A DNA stretch of 64,000 nt, from the IMG/VR virus record IMGVR_UViG_3300025693_000001. One strand, 5' to 3'. This document shows positions 51,701-63,821 of this stretch, in pieces. This DNA is from a virus. Taxonomy: Duplodnaviria > Heunggongvirae > Uroviricota > Caudoviricetes. Both the position numbers and the translations under genes were made by a program. Under the pieces are notes generated by a model. The model saw only the letters and a program-made list of their open reading frames with translations. It made no database searches and was not told where the DNA came from. Within the stretch, counting starts at the first letter, position 1, and each line of letters opens with the position of its first letter.

Positions 51701-53443
51701 GACAAAGCTCTCCTGGTTTACCTTACTATTGAGAGGTATTTATGCTACCTGCACCATCCAGTTTGGAGTTTTGATAGGGGTCGATTGTATACCCACGATA
51801 TGCGTATGGTGTAGCAACTCCAAACAAATAAATGATAACCAGTATTAATATTCTTTGATACGTCATGATGATCTCCTCTTTAAATAATATTTATGTTAGA
51901 AGCGTATGTCATCATCTTCTTCATCTGTAACCACTTCAAATGTTGGAAGATTTTTCCAATCCAATTGCGGACATTTAGCCTTCAATGATTCAACATCCGT
52001 GAATGGATTAAAGTTATGCATTGTATCATCATCAGCTTCAAACACATATACGCTACCCATTATTGTGTTTGTTGGTGATGGTTTTGTTCCAGCTATAACA
52101 ACACTATCATCGGTAAGTATGTTATATCCCCACGCTCCATTGTTGATGTACCATTCATTCTCGCCAACTCTGTGAGCTATCGTACCACCATTAGTCATCG
52201 CGTATAAATTACTCATTGGGAACCGCCTGTCCTTCGATTACCGTAATAAGATCAATTACTGATGCGTATATATTACTACCATTCTCACACACATCATGAT
52301 ACTCGGATATTAATATTGGTAAGATGCCATACTCTTCGAAGAATTGTTGATACTCTTCCAATTCCAGTTCATGTGCTTCCGATATCATATCAGTGGTCAA
52401 CGACGAATCCATGAATGAGAATATCTGACGTACCAAAGATGGTGGTTGGTTTGATGAATCGCACATGTGATATAAAATGGCTACCAATTCTCGTTTGGAT
52501 ATTACTCCCTGTTGGCATAATACCGAAAAATGAATAAATGGTAGGTATCCAAATATGTTATGCTTAGCAAACATATCGGTTACATCCTCTTTCGTTAGGT
52601 TGTAGTCGCCCAGTATGGGAGTTATTTTCATTAGCTGTAAACCCAGCTGATTCAAATACAATTCGTAGGCTAGTTTACATTTTCCGTAATCTACCCCAAA
52701 AATCATTTCTTTTAATATTGTCTTTAAGTCTGTCATTTGTTTCCCTTGTTAACACAGGCAACGACCATACATGCTGGCCATCCTAGTAAATTCACCACCC
52801 AATATATCTCCATACCCAAGTAATTAAACATCATCTCTACCGATCGGATCACCAAACAAACAAGCAATCAACAATACAGCAAACACTACATACGGAACCA
52901 TGCACATAATTACATCCTATCAATAAGAGTTATAAATTCGAACAACTTTAATATTGCTGGGAAGTTTAGATACATCTATTTCGTATCCTTCTTTCATATC
53001 AGCACTATACGGTGTTACCGCGTCTTGTATGCTAATCTCCATACCCGGTTCATCACCTGGGTCATCACCTTCAAAGAAGTCTTGTACCTCATCAGGAATT
53101 GTTACGTTTGCTTTCTCACACGACCTCCAAATGGTTGCCATATTGACCCAAGTTTCATCTGCCTGGCAATACCCAACAACACGTGTATTCGTACCCATAT
53201 CCATACTCCTAAAAACGTATTAAAAAAGAAAATTATAACACAAACATACAGGGAAGTAAACTAAATAATAATGTATATTTGGTGGAGATAAAAAATGAGA
53301 GCTTGTGTATTTGTATTGATCGTGCTGATGGTTGTGTTAATATCAGCAACCCCTACGTCTGACGATGATGTTGCTACGGAACCAGTATCAACAGAATTAT
53401 CGTATGAACAACAACTATTGATACTGGATGCTATATTAGAAGA

Positions 53444-53854
53444 TTAATTATCTGCGCGATCGTGCTGTAACGATGTTAGTTGTTTGCTCAATCTGGTTAC
53501 AAACCGAGCACCATACACCAATACAGCACAACACATTGCAAATAACGTAACCCACCAAAAGTGAATAACTGGGGGGATCAACATCACGCCTATGAATGAC
53601 CAAAATAGTGCAACGTCAGCACACAGTGTTACCGATGGATCTTTGATGTATCGAAATATTGGGTCGGATGGTGATTGTTTATACCCTATTGCACCCATCA
53701 TTGATACTATCATCATGTTGGGTGTTTTGGACTTATCATCTTGCACCCATTTATATACCAGTTGACAACCATATACGAGTAACAACACCCCGATCCAACA
53801 AACTAAAGCCATTTCCATTTGGAATGCCATATTACCTACCAATGTATTACTCAT
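53444..53854 (-). CDS. Integral membrane protein
   Basis: 4 TM helices. Confidence 0.4.
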   Translation of the reverse strand: MSNTLVGNMAFQMEMALVCWIGVLLLVYGCQLVYKWVQDDKSKTPNMMIVSMMGAIGYKQSPSDPIFRYIKDPSVTLCADVALFWSFIGVMLIPPVIHFWWVTLFAMCCAVLVYGARFVTRLSKQLTSLQHDRADN

Positions 53855-54327
53855 TTGTTTCTCCTGTCATGTGCATTGTTATCGTTGACGTGAATGCTTA
53901 CCACTTTTGACAATCGTCGCAAGCCTCGCAACCCAAACATAAAGGCAATCGCCATAGCAACAAAGCCCAATACCACCCAATATTCCGCTATCGTAGCAAC
54001 AACCATTGGTAGCATTGCTAATGCTATTGGAGTTACAAATATAGCCAAGGCTCCATCGCTAGCATGATATACACCATCAATGTCCTTCCCGAATAAACCC
54101 ACACTACGACCATGACAATCATTGTTGGTGTTAATGTGATATCCAAATATATGGATCATGGTCCATTGCATCACGAGATTTGTTTTGACTATATCACTAT
54201 CATCGACCCAAGCAACTACCCAGTGAATGATCTGAAATAAAAACATCAAAGCCAAAAAACCGACTGGAGCGAAAAAAGTTGTGTGGATAATTTCCACTAC
54301 GAATGTTTCATAAACTGATTGTTGCAT
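53851..54327 (-). CDS. Integral membrane protein
   Basis: 4-5 TM helices; translationally coupled to 53444-53854. Confidence 0.4.
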   Translation of the reverse strand: MQQSVYETFVVEIIHTTFFAPVGFLALMFLFQIIHWVVAWVDDSDIVKTNLVMQWTMIHIFGYHINTNNDCHGRSVGLFGKDIDGVYHASDGALAIFVTPIALAMLPMVVATIAEYWVVLGFVAMAIAFMFGLRGLRRLSKVVSIHVNDNNAHDRRNK

Positions 54328-54351
54328 TTTGTATCCTAATTAATTTTATTT

Positions 54352-54771
54352 TTAAAGGGTTGGACATTCAATCGTTCGAATGCCAAAAGAATGTGTTAAT
54401 TCGATATCACTATCCGACATTTCGACGCATTTCGATAATACCAGGGCGAGTGTGGATTGATTCAAATCAATTGTAACATCATAGTGATATGCTAACTGCT
54501 TCGACCATATAGATCGAACGTACGCATATGTTTGTATCATTATAGCGTGCGATTGTACATCTACATTAGCATCAACCAATGCAAGTTCTATTTTTTCGAT
54601 TGATTGTTGTAAGTGAATTCCCATATCGTTGTTTGATTTGGTATTTTGTGCCACAATATCATTACTAGGTACAAGCATAACAATCATAAACAAACCAAAC
54701 AACAACACAACACTAACGACGTGAATGAAGTTTCGCATTGATTGATTTTCGTTGGGTTTTGTGTTGGACAT
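54352..54771 (-). CDS. N-terminally anchored protein (139 aa)
   Basis: AGGAGG immediately upstream of the ATG; one TM. Confidence 0.45.
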   Translation of the reverse strand: MSNTKPNENQSMRNFIHVVSVVLLFGLFMIVMLVPSNDIVAQNTKSNNDMGIHLQQSIEKIELALVDANVDVQSHAIMIQTYAYVRSIWSKQLAYHYDVTIDLNQSTLALVLSKCVEMSDSDIELTHSFGIRTIECPTL

Positions 54772-55591
54772 CTATCCTCCTAAATTTAATAACATAAAAT
54801 CGTATATTACCCTAATGGGTGAGAAATGTCAAACTGTAATTTTGGCACTTTGCCATATTCGAAGTTCCGTATATACTACCTGTTGGATTTTTGTCAGCAT
54901 TTGGATTGCAGAACTATTGTTGGCTGACATAAAACAAAACAATAGATCTGGACAATTTGTAAGCGGGACTTAACCACGTACACCATCTTTGGGAGCAATA
55001 GCTTATTGTAGATGGAATCAGATATGTGGGTGCTCGGTCCTCCGATGCTAGCTGAATCAGCTCAGGAATAAACAGACATTAACCTATACCATCTTATGAC
55101 GATGCGACTCATCCACGATACGGAGGTCTGATAAACGCAAATTCAGCCATCATAATAATATATGATGACTTTTAACTATAAACATACAGTCAGGAGCCAC
55201 AGTTCCTCTGATGGGAAGGTTAAGGAGTAGGAGGGCTGCGTCTAACGAAAACTGAATGGATCGTAAGTCTTTTTCTTTGGAGTTGTTGGTTTGGTTGCTC
55301 CCATGGGTTTTACTAGCAAATCAATGGTCCGTTGAAGTTCTATTGGACCGCCTTTGATTTGATCGGGACTCACCGTAGTGATAGTCGTACCATTGTATAC
55401 TACTATGGTAATGTCCGATAGACGCTTGCGGTATAAATGAATACCAAGTTGGTGGTTTTCGATCGTGCGAGAGAGACTTGGATTTGTGTGGTCTAGTAAA
55501 ATTGTTTTGATCATGTGTATTCGTGATTAGTAAAAGTAAAGACCCCCATCATACCAAAAAAACTGATATGGGTCAACAATTCCAATAGACG

Positions 55592-55612
55592 AAAAAAAAG
55601 GCCGTGAGGCCT
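55592..55612 (-). terminator. Rho-independent terminator
   Basis: GGCC-GTGA-GGCC hairpin directly after the TAA stop of the 55613-56164 gene, followed on the minus strand by TTTTTTTT. Confidence 0.6.
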
Positions 55613-56164
55613 TTATGTATCGCAACCAAGTTTGGCTGCTTCGTGCTTATCGTGGACGTGTCCGTAGAATACCAGACACGTCCACGGTATTTTGTGAGCG
55701 TACTCTCGAATCAAGTCGTGGGATAGTTTGTTTTTACCCATTGGCAACCGTTCCCACCATATATTAAAATGCCACTTGCGTATGAAATCGTCCGACATCA
55801 CTTGGTATTGTGATATGAAACACCACGTAACGCGGTGGTAATTTTGAGCAATCACATCTTCTGTTAGTGTTTGGTACTGACTAACCAATTCCCAATTAAC
55901 GCTATCTTCGAATTCTATTATAAAATCAATAGATAGCGTTTGAAATTTGCTAACAGTGGTCCAATCAATAACATCTGCATGTTCTCGCATAAACGATTCG
56001 GATAGCATATTTGTGGAACATATCGCCGTCCAGTTATATGTCTTCTCTAGCTCATCTAGCGATGTGATCAAATCAACCACACAAATATCTCGTAGCTTCG
56101 GTTGTACAGTGGGTACAGTGGGATTCTGGGATAGGTGTATCGAAATCATCACCATCACCATCAT
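55613..56164 (-). CDS. Repeat-containing protein (three copies of an about 16-aa VS(K/Q)(F/Y)QxLSxDFI motif)
   Basis: VSKFQTLSIDFI / VSQYQTLTEDVI / ISQYQVMSDDFI seen in the translation. Confidence 0.4.
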   Translation of the reverse strand: MMVMVMISIHLSQNPTVPTVQPKLRDICVVDLITSLDELEKTYNWTAICSTNMLSESFMREHADVIDWTTVSKFQTLSIDFIIEFEDSVNWELVSQYQTLTEDVIAQNYHRVTWCFISQYQVMSDDFIRKWHFNIWWERLPMGKNKLSHDLIREYAHKIPWTCLVFYGHVHDKHEAAKLGCDT

Positions 56165-56426
56165 GCAGTATTACTGTTTTGCAGTAAAAGCACTCCGATA
56201 ATACTCCACGTTCAACTGGATCATCTCGGTAATCCCAAGCTGTGTCTACGATTTCAAGCCAATCCTCGTAATATGGATCGATAGGCTTGTTACTGCGTTG
56301 CATTGGGAAGTATTTACTTTGGACAAATATCAACAATGCGAATATTACTGTACATAGCATTACAAATTCAAACATGGTTATCTCTCGGTTGGTGTATAAT
56401 ATTGTGTTGGGGGTGATGCAACTACA

Positions 56427-56852
56427 TTAAGCCTTATCGACATTGAGTGCCCACCATGGTGTGTTGGTTAAATTGTCCAGAACTGTATGTAAAAACGCTA
56501 ATTCATCGATTGCCAACGATAGCGATTGCTTATCAGATACAACTCTGGTGCGATTGGGCTCACCCATTGTTTGTCTGTTGAGGTACCAGGCAGTATATGG
56601 TGTACCATCACATGATGCAGCCCCTACGTATTCGGCAATGGGGCAATATTGACACAACGACTGATGTTGTAACATGAATGCTTGGCAACAAGCACAATCG
56701 GTGTGACCCCCATCCGCTTTATTTTCGAATATGATGCCATTCCATTTGGCTATCGATGACTGTAGCGCTTGCCGTTGGGAACTGCGATGATGGATGATAA
56801 GTATCCACCACCCAACAGCAAAGCCCAACAACAACGATATCAGGATACCCAC
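56427..56852 (-). CDS. Membrane-anchored Cys-rich protein
   Basis: One TM, then a CACCQAF...CQYCP...SCDG cluster. Confidence 0.35.
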   Translation of the reverse strand: MGILISLLLGFAVGWWILIIHHRSSQRQALQSSIAKWNGIIFENKADGGHTDCACCQAFMLQHQSLCQYCPIAEYVGAASCDGTPYTAWYLNRQTMGEPNRTRVVSDKQSLSLAIDELAFLHTVLDNLTNTPWWALNVDKA

Positions 56853-57305
56853 TATTCCAGCTCTTTCATTATCGCTTCCAATTCCATTTCACGACGTTGT
56901 TCTGGTGAGATGATAGCTTCTAACCGTGTTTCCAATTCAAGCAACTTGCGTTTTTTTGATTTGATATGAATAGATGCTATCCGTTTTTTGAAATCATCAA
57001 CCCAATCATCCAATTCAAACCCACAAACCTGTGAGGATACATCAAGGCCCAAAATGATGGCTGCTTTTGTTTCATAGTCACGCGTCATTAACATTTGGGA
57101 GTATACGTCTAGTATGGTTGCTTCGCATGCTACTTGAATGTTAATTGGTTGTGCTACCCCATCACGCGTGAATGAGCAGTTCGTTTTCCATGATCGTTTA
57201 ATTTTTGTTTCATCCGCGTCTACGCTTTTTTTGCGCTTCATGAGCGTATCGAATAATGTTTTTATTTGTTTATCTAATTGTTCATTGGCCATTTTAATAT
57301 TATTC

Positions 57306-58496
57306 CTATGTTTTGTTGGGGATTGTGTTCCCATTTTCTAATACGATATGCAGATCACCATACCCCATTTCGATCAATCCAGCAAATATGTTTTCGCGTG
57401 TGGCTTTTGTAACATCAATGTCAGCATCTCGTAGCATTGTACGCAGTTGTTGTGTTACGTTCTGTTGGTATGTTTCCAACAACCGTCGCTTATCGGATAT
57501 CCGGTTGTAGTAATTATAATTTGTCCGAGCTGAATTAAATAACACTCGAATCAAATGTCCATCTTCGTCGGTTTTGATGTCGTCGAAGGATATCGAGATT
57601 GGTTGTCGTTCCAGGTTAGTTGTGTTCTGCCCATACGCGTACAAGTACGCCTTGATAATTCGATCATCTTCAATCTTGTGCAGTTCAACGTATGATCGAT
57701 TGGAAACATCCTGGGTGGCAGCACTTCTCACTACAAACGATTTTATACGTTGGGAGTTTGATGTGTGGAAGTATTTATCGATTAAATCGGCGACGTTACT
57801 TACTTCACTCGTGCTTATTTCGTGACTCAGCGTTGTTGCAGGGGTTGGAAAGAATGTACCAGCACTATTAACAAATATGTGTTTTTTGCCTTTATCCTTT
57901 TGGTATCGCTGTTGATCGATGTCAGAGCTGTAACCATACTTATATTCTGATGTAAGCCATGGAAACCTACCAATGTATGTTAGTATTCCGCTGTGTTTCT
58001 TTTGACCGTATTGTCGACCAACAACAAGATCACGAGCGCTTACTTTGAGTGATTGTTTAGCTGTGTACTCGACTGATTCGGTATATTCAACGGAGTTTGT
58101 TGGTAGTAATACCAAGTCAGCACCACTCCAAGCAAACACACAATCTTCGACGATATCGCGTTTTGATACATCACTGTGCATCAACAAACCGATTAAGTTG
58201 TCAACTGATATTTCAAACTCAAAGTCGCGTGGATCGTACACACGGATAACACTACGACCGCTACCCCAATGCCCATCCCGCTTGACACCTTTGTTGAAAA
58301 TGTAGCCATTGCGTGGATCGTTGTCGATTTCCAGTGTGGTTATAGAATCGTCGCACCACCCTGTCCACGATTTTTCTTTTCTAATCTTACCTTTTTCGTC
58401 ATAATAGATGACGTATGCTAACATACCAGTAAACGTATCACTACGCTTTCTAAAACCTACGCGAATTTTTGAAGGTATAAATAAATTGGTTTTCAT
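57306..58496 (-). CDS. Hypothetical protein (396 aa), first gene of a 6-gene translationally coupled operon
   Basis: Start/stop overlaps chain 57306-58496, 58493-58885, 58882-59238, 59241-59663, 59664-60218 and 60218-60613. Confidence 0.45.
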   Translation of the reverse strand: MKTNLFIPSKIRVGFRKRSDTFTGMLAYVIYYDEKGKIRKEKSWTGWCDDSITTLEIDNDPRNGYIFNKGVKRDGHWGSGRSVIRVYDPRDFEFEISVDNLIGLLMHSDVSKRDIVEDCVFAWSGADLVLLPTNSVEYTESVEYTAKQSLKVSARDLVVGRQYGQKKHSGILTYIGRFPWLTSEYKYGYSSDIDQQRYQKDKGKKHIFVNSAGTFFPTPATTLSHEISTSEVSNVADLIDKYFHTSNSQRIKSFVVRSAATQDVSNRSYVELHKIEDDRIIKAYLYAYGQNTTNLERQPISISFDDIKTDEDGHLIRVLFNSARTNYNYYNRISDKRRLLETYQQNVTQQLRTMLRDADIDVTKATRENIFAGLIEMGYGDLHIVLENGNTIPNKT

Positions 58497-59663
58497 TTTG
58501 TTGCCTTATCAGTTATGGATAATCCGATGACATTTAAGTGACCATCACATTTCACACCATTTGCATCTTTATTGCAGATCAACGCTATCGATAGGTCAAT
58601 GCTAGACGTACCATGATTTAAAATGTGGGTCTTGAATATAGCACCATTTGGTGTGTCGTATAGATGCATATCACATACCAGTGCATCATCGGTGCACCTT
58701 ACGTTTTTAGCTGAACCGACTATACGGTATATGTCTATTTCAGTAGAATTGAGGTTTTGTTGGATGAACACTTCTCGAACTACATTTTGACACAACTCTT
58801 CTATATGCTCTGCATGACATCTAGTCAATTTTAAGTTAGATGTGTCATCATCATATTTGAAAATTATTACATTGTCAACAATCATGTGGATACTCTAGCC
58901 AGAGCGGAATCCAGGACTTCATCGAAGCTGCCACCGCCGTTATAAAATAATAGTTGGTATTCGATGGTTCCATCTTCTTTTTCTTGTGAGCGTGAAAATC
59001 CATATTCATCTAGCTGTTCGTTTTCGATTCGATATATTTTTCCATTGTGTATGTGAGCAAATTTGTTATCAAATGCACCCATGTTGTGTTTCATATAATC
59101 CAACCACGACGTGGTAAAATCATCGAAGTCTCTATCCGTCACACCAAGAGCCTCCAAATGAAATTTTGCAGTAGCTTCCAGGGTTTCTTTTTGTTCGATT
59201 GGAATTAGCCTACCGAAGTGACACTCATTGTCGCTCATTTTTATTCCTTAGTGATAATCAATATTCTAGCAACCTGATCAGGAGATAAACCAGTCAGGTC
59301 TAGTGTTAGTGTTGGTGGTCGTTTCTCGGAACGTGATTGCACTAAATCGGTAGTACTGTCTAGCTCATCCAGTTGTTGTTGATAATCTTGCAATATAGAT
59401 GATGCAATGTCTTGTACCTGTGTTGGAGTACTAACAAAACAATCAACCCCCCTAACTGTAACAATAACACCAGAACCATCATGCAGTAACATACAACGGT
59501 ATTGTATGTTGTGTGTTAGAATTAGTGTGGTGTTTGAATCAGTCGCTGGTCCACCTCGGTGTGTTACTTGTAGATCCGTTGGGTCGATTAGGTTGTCACG
59601 TATTGTGGAGCATATAGCATCTAACGTTAGTGAGTTCATTGTATTTGTATTTAATGTTTGCAT

Positions 59664-60218
59664 TTAAAATGGTAATGGGTTGTCATTGAATTGATCTCGA
59701 ACAGCCATCCATGCGAAGCCTAACACGTTCTCACCTTCCCACTCTTCTACGGTTAGCTTTTTAGCTCGAGCTGCATATGTACCAATACCGAGAACAGTAT
59801 CATACGTACTAGCACCAACGAGGATATCTTCACCAGTTGCCATCAAAGTGTCCATAACTTCACGGTGTTGGATAGCCTTGAGCACATTTATACGTACCAA
59901 GACGTTAAATAGGTGTTCGCTCCACTGTTCTTTATCAATCCCAACGACTTTAGCTTTCATGTCAATTGGTCTGGTGATCTTCATAATAGCATCTGCTGTG
60001 GCTACATCACCAAACATCAATGCTTTTGTAACAACCATTGCTTGTTCACCACAATTGAATGTTCGTGTACCATCAGTGATAGAGTGTGGACTCCACAAAT
60101 TTAAGCAACCTAGTGGTGTGGGTTGTTTATAGAAGTCAGTAACACCCCAAAAATAACTAAAGGTTGGTTCAAATCCATTCCGTATTGCTTGGATGAGTTC
60201 TTTTTTTGTGTTCATCAT
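59664..60218 (-). CDS. NADAR-family (YbiA-like, DUF1768) protein
   Basis: ...NCGEQAMVVTKALMF..., ...DTVLGIGTY...GENVLGFAWMAVRDQF against YbiA TSEHYFQAQKF...DAYWGDGGHG...NRLGYLLMELREQL. Confidence 0.75.
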   Translation of the reverse strand: MMNTKKELIQAIRNGFEPTFSYFWGVTDFYKQPTPLGCLNLWSPHSITDGTRTFNCGEQAMVVTKALMFGDVATADAIMKITRPIDMKAKVVGIDKEQWSEHLFNVLVRINVLKAIQHREVMDTLMATGEDILVGASTYDTVLGIGTYAARAKKLTVEEWEGENVLGFAWMAVRDQFNDNPLPF

Positions 60219-61198
60219 TATCCTCGTGATTCTTGTAATAGTTGACGTAGTTGTCTGATTGTTAAATCCTTCACCAAGTAAGAATCTGGTAGTGGTGATA
60301 ATTCAGGTGGCAACAACGAATGTGAAGTATCTTCCAGTTGGTCAATGAAACGTTGGACATCGTCTTCGGTCTTTATAACGAATGTGCCGGATGGTAAACT
60401 GATATCCACCGTGCCATCGGTGTAATCGAGTGATACCTGCAATTTGTATGTAGGAAATTCGATGATGCGAGTGTTCGTGCTTATGCCACAAACTGCCACA
60501 TTAGCGTCGTGTGGTAGTTTGTGGCATAGTAACGTCATCAATCCGCTAACGTGTTCTTCTGTTTTCATTTCTTGGTTCTCCAGAACATCACAGTTTCGAT
60601 AATTGTCAAACATAAGCTTGTGAACAAATCTACAATAAATTCAGCCATTTTCAGTATTTCCTATAAAAGTGTGTATATCTTTGCATGCCTGGTCCGCTTC
60701 TTGTTGTGTGTCGATAACCCACTCACTTCTAGCTAACATGACAAGTATTTTTTGGTCGACGTAGAAGCATCTAGCAAACATACCATGTCCACAATCAACC
60801 ATGTATATATCATACCCCGGTAACACATGGTAGTCAAGCCCCAATTGTTCAATGAACCGTTCAATTGGTACATCACTCATAACCGAACATATCTCCAAAT
60901 GCAGTAACTTCGGTTAATCGTATTGCTGATGTGTGTGAAATTACGACTTTTTCCCAATACGATGCACCTTCTTCGAATTTCCAGTCGTTTTCGGGACCGA
61001 GCTCAGATAGCAAATTAAAAACGTCAACAGGTATATATTTGTCACGAATTTTTCCAAGAATGTTAGCCATGTGTTTGAAGTATTCTTGTTCTGTACCATC
61101 TTGAAAGTAACTAGCGGCATACACTTCTTTTAACGATACGTCCGCAGTGTTACCTTTGCAGGCTTCGATGATGATTTGTTCTATGGTTTTGGTTGCAA

Positions 61199-61834
61199 TC
61201 ATTTTTGTGTTCCGGTTAATACATCAGCTATTGATGATACTGGTTTTACGTCAAGGTGTAGTGGGGATGTTGAAGCTCCACATACTTGTTTGATCTTAGT
61301 AAGATGCTCATCGGTGCACCGGCCTTTGTGTATGACACAGACTTTACCAATGATTAAATCCCCTATTGCCTCTCTGGTGATTGGGTGATCAACTAAATGT
61401 AGCATCTCATTAGTATCAAATGTTATCTCGTGGTAAAAGCAACTTAACGATGATGCTGTCTGCTCAACCAAGATGTGATTGATATCCGTATCCAAGTATA
61501 TTAGATCAAATGTAACATCACCCAGTGTGCATACGATTCTGCCGTGTTGGTGTTCCATCATATATTTGGTTGAATCTGGATTTTCGGGGTGGGGTGGGTC
61601 GTCTTGGTCGTATCGAATTTTGTTATCGACTGTATCGAATAATTGAGCTAGTAGTATATCGGTTACCCATTGCTCCATACGTCGTGGACCACAAATAAAC
61701 ACATCAATGTCATTGTAGTTATATTGGGGCATCACTAAATGTCGACCGTATGATCCACCAACATATACACCTGAGGTGTATGCTGCTCGGATCATTTCCA
61801 GACCTTTTTGTATATTGTCGTTTCGTTTGTTCAT
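61199..61834 (-). CDS. Nucleotidyltransferase-fold protein (Pol-beta / minimal NTase superfamily)
   Basis: VYVGGSYGRHLVMPQYNYNDIDVFI fits [GS]x(9-13)DhD. Confidence 0.5.
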   Translation of the reverse strand: MNKRNDNIQKGLEMIRAAYTSGVYVGGSYGRHLVMPQYNYNDIDVFICGPRRMEQWVTDILLAQLFDTVDNKIRYDQDDPPHPENPDSTKYMMEHQHGRIVCTLGDVTFDLIYLDTDINHILVEQTASSLSCFYHEITFDTNEMLHLVDHPITREAIGDLIIGKVCVIHKGRCTDEHLTKIKQVCGASTSPLHLDVKPVSSIADVLTGTQK

Positions 61835-63134
61835 TGGTTATTCCGTCTGATGTAAAAACAGATAGTATACCCTATATGAAACTAATCAGCAACGCATCGA
61901 ATGGTAATGTTGTTGAGGTCAGGACCACCACCTGTACAAGTGAATGATTCCGATTGTGGTAAGCGAGGGAGGTAGGATGTTATGTTTTCTAATTGTGGCA
62001 CTATCCAAATCACACCAACTACTACAATGGTTATCGTAGCAACTATTGATGATACCAATACCACTAGTCTTGCAATCTCTCTATCTAGTGGGAATATTGG
62101 TTTTGATTTCCCCATGTGTTGGTGTGGTTGGTATTGATTTAGGTTTATTTTGGTCATATCGGGTGGTAATCCATCACCAACGCGATGGCAATCACGAATG
62201 GAATGAATATCATCCAGCCAACGAATGTCCAGTGTGTAAACATTTCACCCAACAAATGTTGGAAAATTAAGGTAACAATCCACACAACGAGCGCCAATGC
62301 GATATAATACACGGATAACGCTAACATCATTTCAAACATAGTTACCCACCATACACACCTTGGTATGCGATATACAGCTCAAGAAACAACACAGAAGTTA
62401 AAATTATGTTGTATTCACTATTTAATTGTTTTAGTTTATTCATTTTATTTTCTCGGTAATATTGTAGCGGTCCCTGTTAGTGTTAGGATTAATCGATCAT
62501 CAATGTTATCCAATTCAATCAAGCATGGTACTGGTGGGCCTTGTCTCAACAGGTCAAAGGTCATCAGTTAAGCACCAAATGCGGTCTAAATCTTTATTTA
62601 TCTCACGCGACTCGAAGTCACGCATGTGGCCCTCGGATAAGAACGAGACAAACTGAGTAAAGCCAGTTTTTTGTTGTTTGTATAACGCACAGACTTCGCA
62701 CGATCTACCATCATACATAGCAATAACCCCACATACATCTTGATTAACATGTAGTGTTGCAGCTCCATATGAAATACTGGTTACAGTACCATCAAATTTG
62801 GTACCGGTTTGTTGTGTATACATATTTTATCCCAGACTTAACATTTCTCGTGTTAGGTGTTCGTATTGTTTCACCACCTTGAATGGGATGAATTTTGGTT
62901 TAGCTTGCTCAATCATTTTCTTTTGGATTTCGGTCATACCGTCTTCTCCATCGAGCGCAGATCTTGATCCAAAACTTCACACCAAACTTTTGACGGGTTG
63001 TCAATTTTTGCAAATTGGTGCCAATTCCCAGATTTGCCCATGTACGTTAGTCGTTCTGGTTGATTGACCCAATTGTATCCCGTACCGATTTCGAATTCTG
63101 TGTTATCTGATGCCATGCTATCCTCTTGTTTAAG

Positions 63135-63821
63135 TTAAGTTACAGGCACACTATCACACAATTCAATGAATTTGTCAAAGAATTCTGGGGCAAGTGCGTC
63201 ATAATCAGGTCTACCGAATAGGGGGAAGTCAATTACTTCATCCAAATGAGATGTCAATGCTTGAGTCGTTCGGTGTATAGCTTCCCAATATTCAATATGA
63301 TCGAAACAGTTATCGGTATCGCACCCAGTTACTCCTGTAACGTATGTGTTTACAAGGTTCCGATGTCTTGATGCTTTTTCACTACCATCCCACCTACCAT
63401 CGGCGTTGCTCATTAGGTACCTGTTGATATCAAATTCCATCAACAACCACAGTAAGTTCCGACTCTGTTTTGGTAATACGCGAAGTTTAATATCGCATCC
63501 GTGCCTATCACTAACTTCATTGAATTTGTCAGCGGTGGCTTGACTAAGGTCAATGTCCAGTTTGTACGCTAATAAGTCCAAATACATCTGAGCATCAGCC
63601 AATTCTTTGGCTATATCATTACGCGTTTCGTCTATGGTGCTGTCACCCCGATCAACTTTTTTTATAAAATTGGCAGCTTCCCCAATTTCACCAACTAATG
63701 CATTCATCCATTGAGCTGGAATCCAAGTGTGATCCACTTTAGAACATACTTGTAGATCTAACCGTGTTACATTTGCGTTGCGTAAATCTCCTAGAGACAA
63801 TGTTTGGTTATTTGATGTCAT
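63135..63821 (-). CDS. MazG-like all-alpha NTP pyrophosphohydrolase domain protein
   Basis: LVGEIGEAANFIKK ... ELADAQMYLDLLAYKLDIDLSQATADKFNEVSDR matches the MazG E.GEL...ELADV..Y...A..LGID...A...K..KN..R pattern. Confidence 0.5.
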   Translation of the reverse strand: MTSNNQTLSLGDLRNANVTRLDLQVCSKVDHTWIPAQWMNALVGEIGEAANFIKKVDRGDSTIDETRNDIAKELADAQMYLDLLAYKLDIDLSQATADKFNEVSDRHGCDIKLRVLPKQSRNLLWLLMEFDINRYLMSNADGRWDGSEKASRHRNLVNTYVTGVTGCDTDNCFDHIEYWEAIHRTTQALTSHLDEVIDFPLFGRPDYDALAPEFFDKFIELCDSVPVT

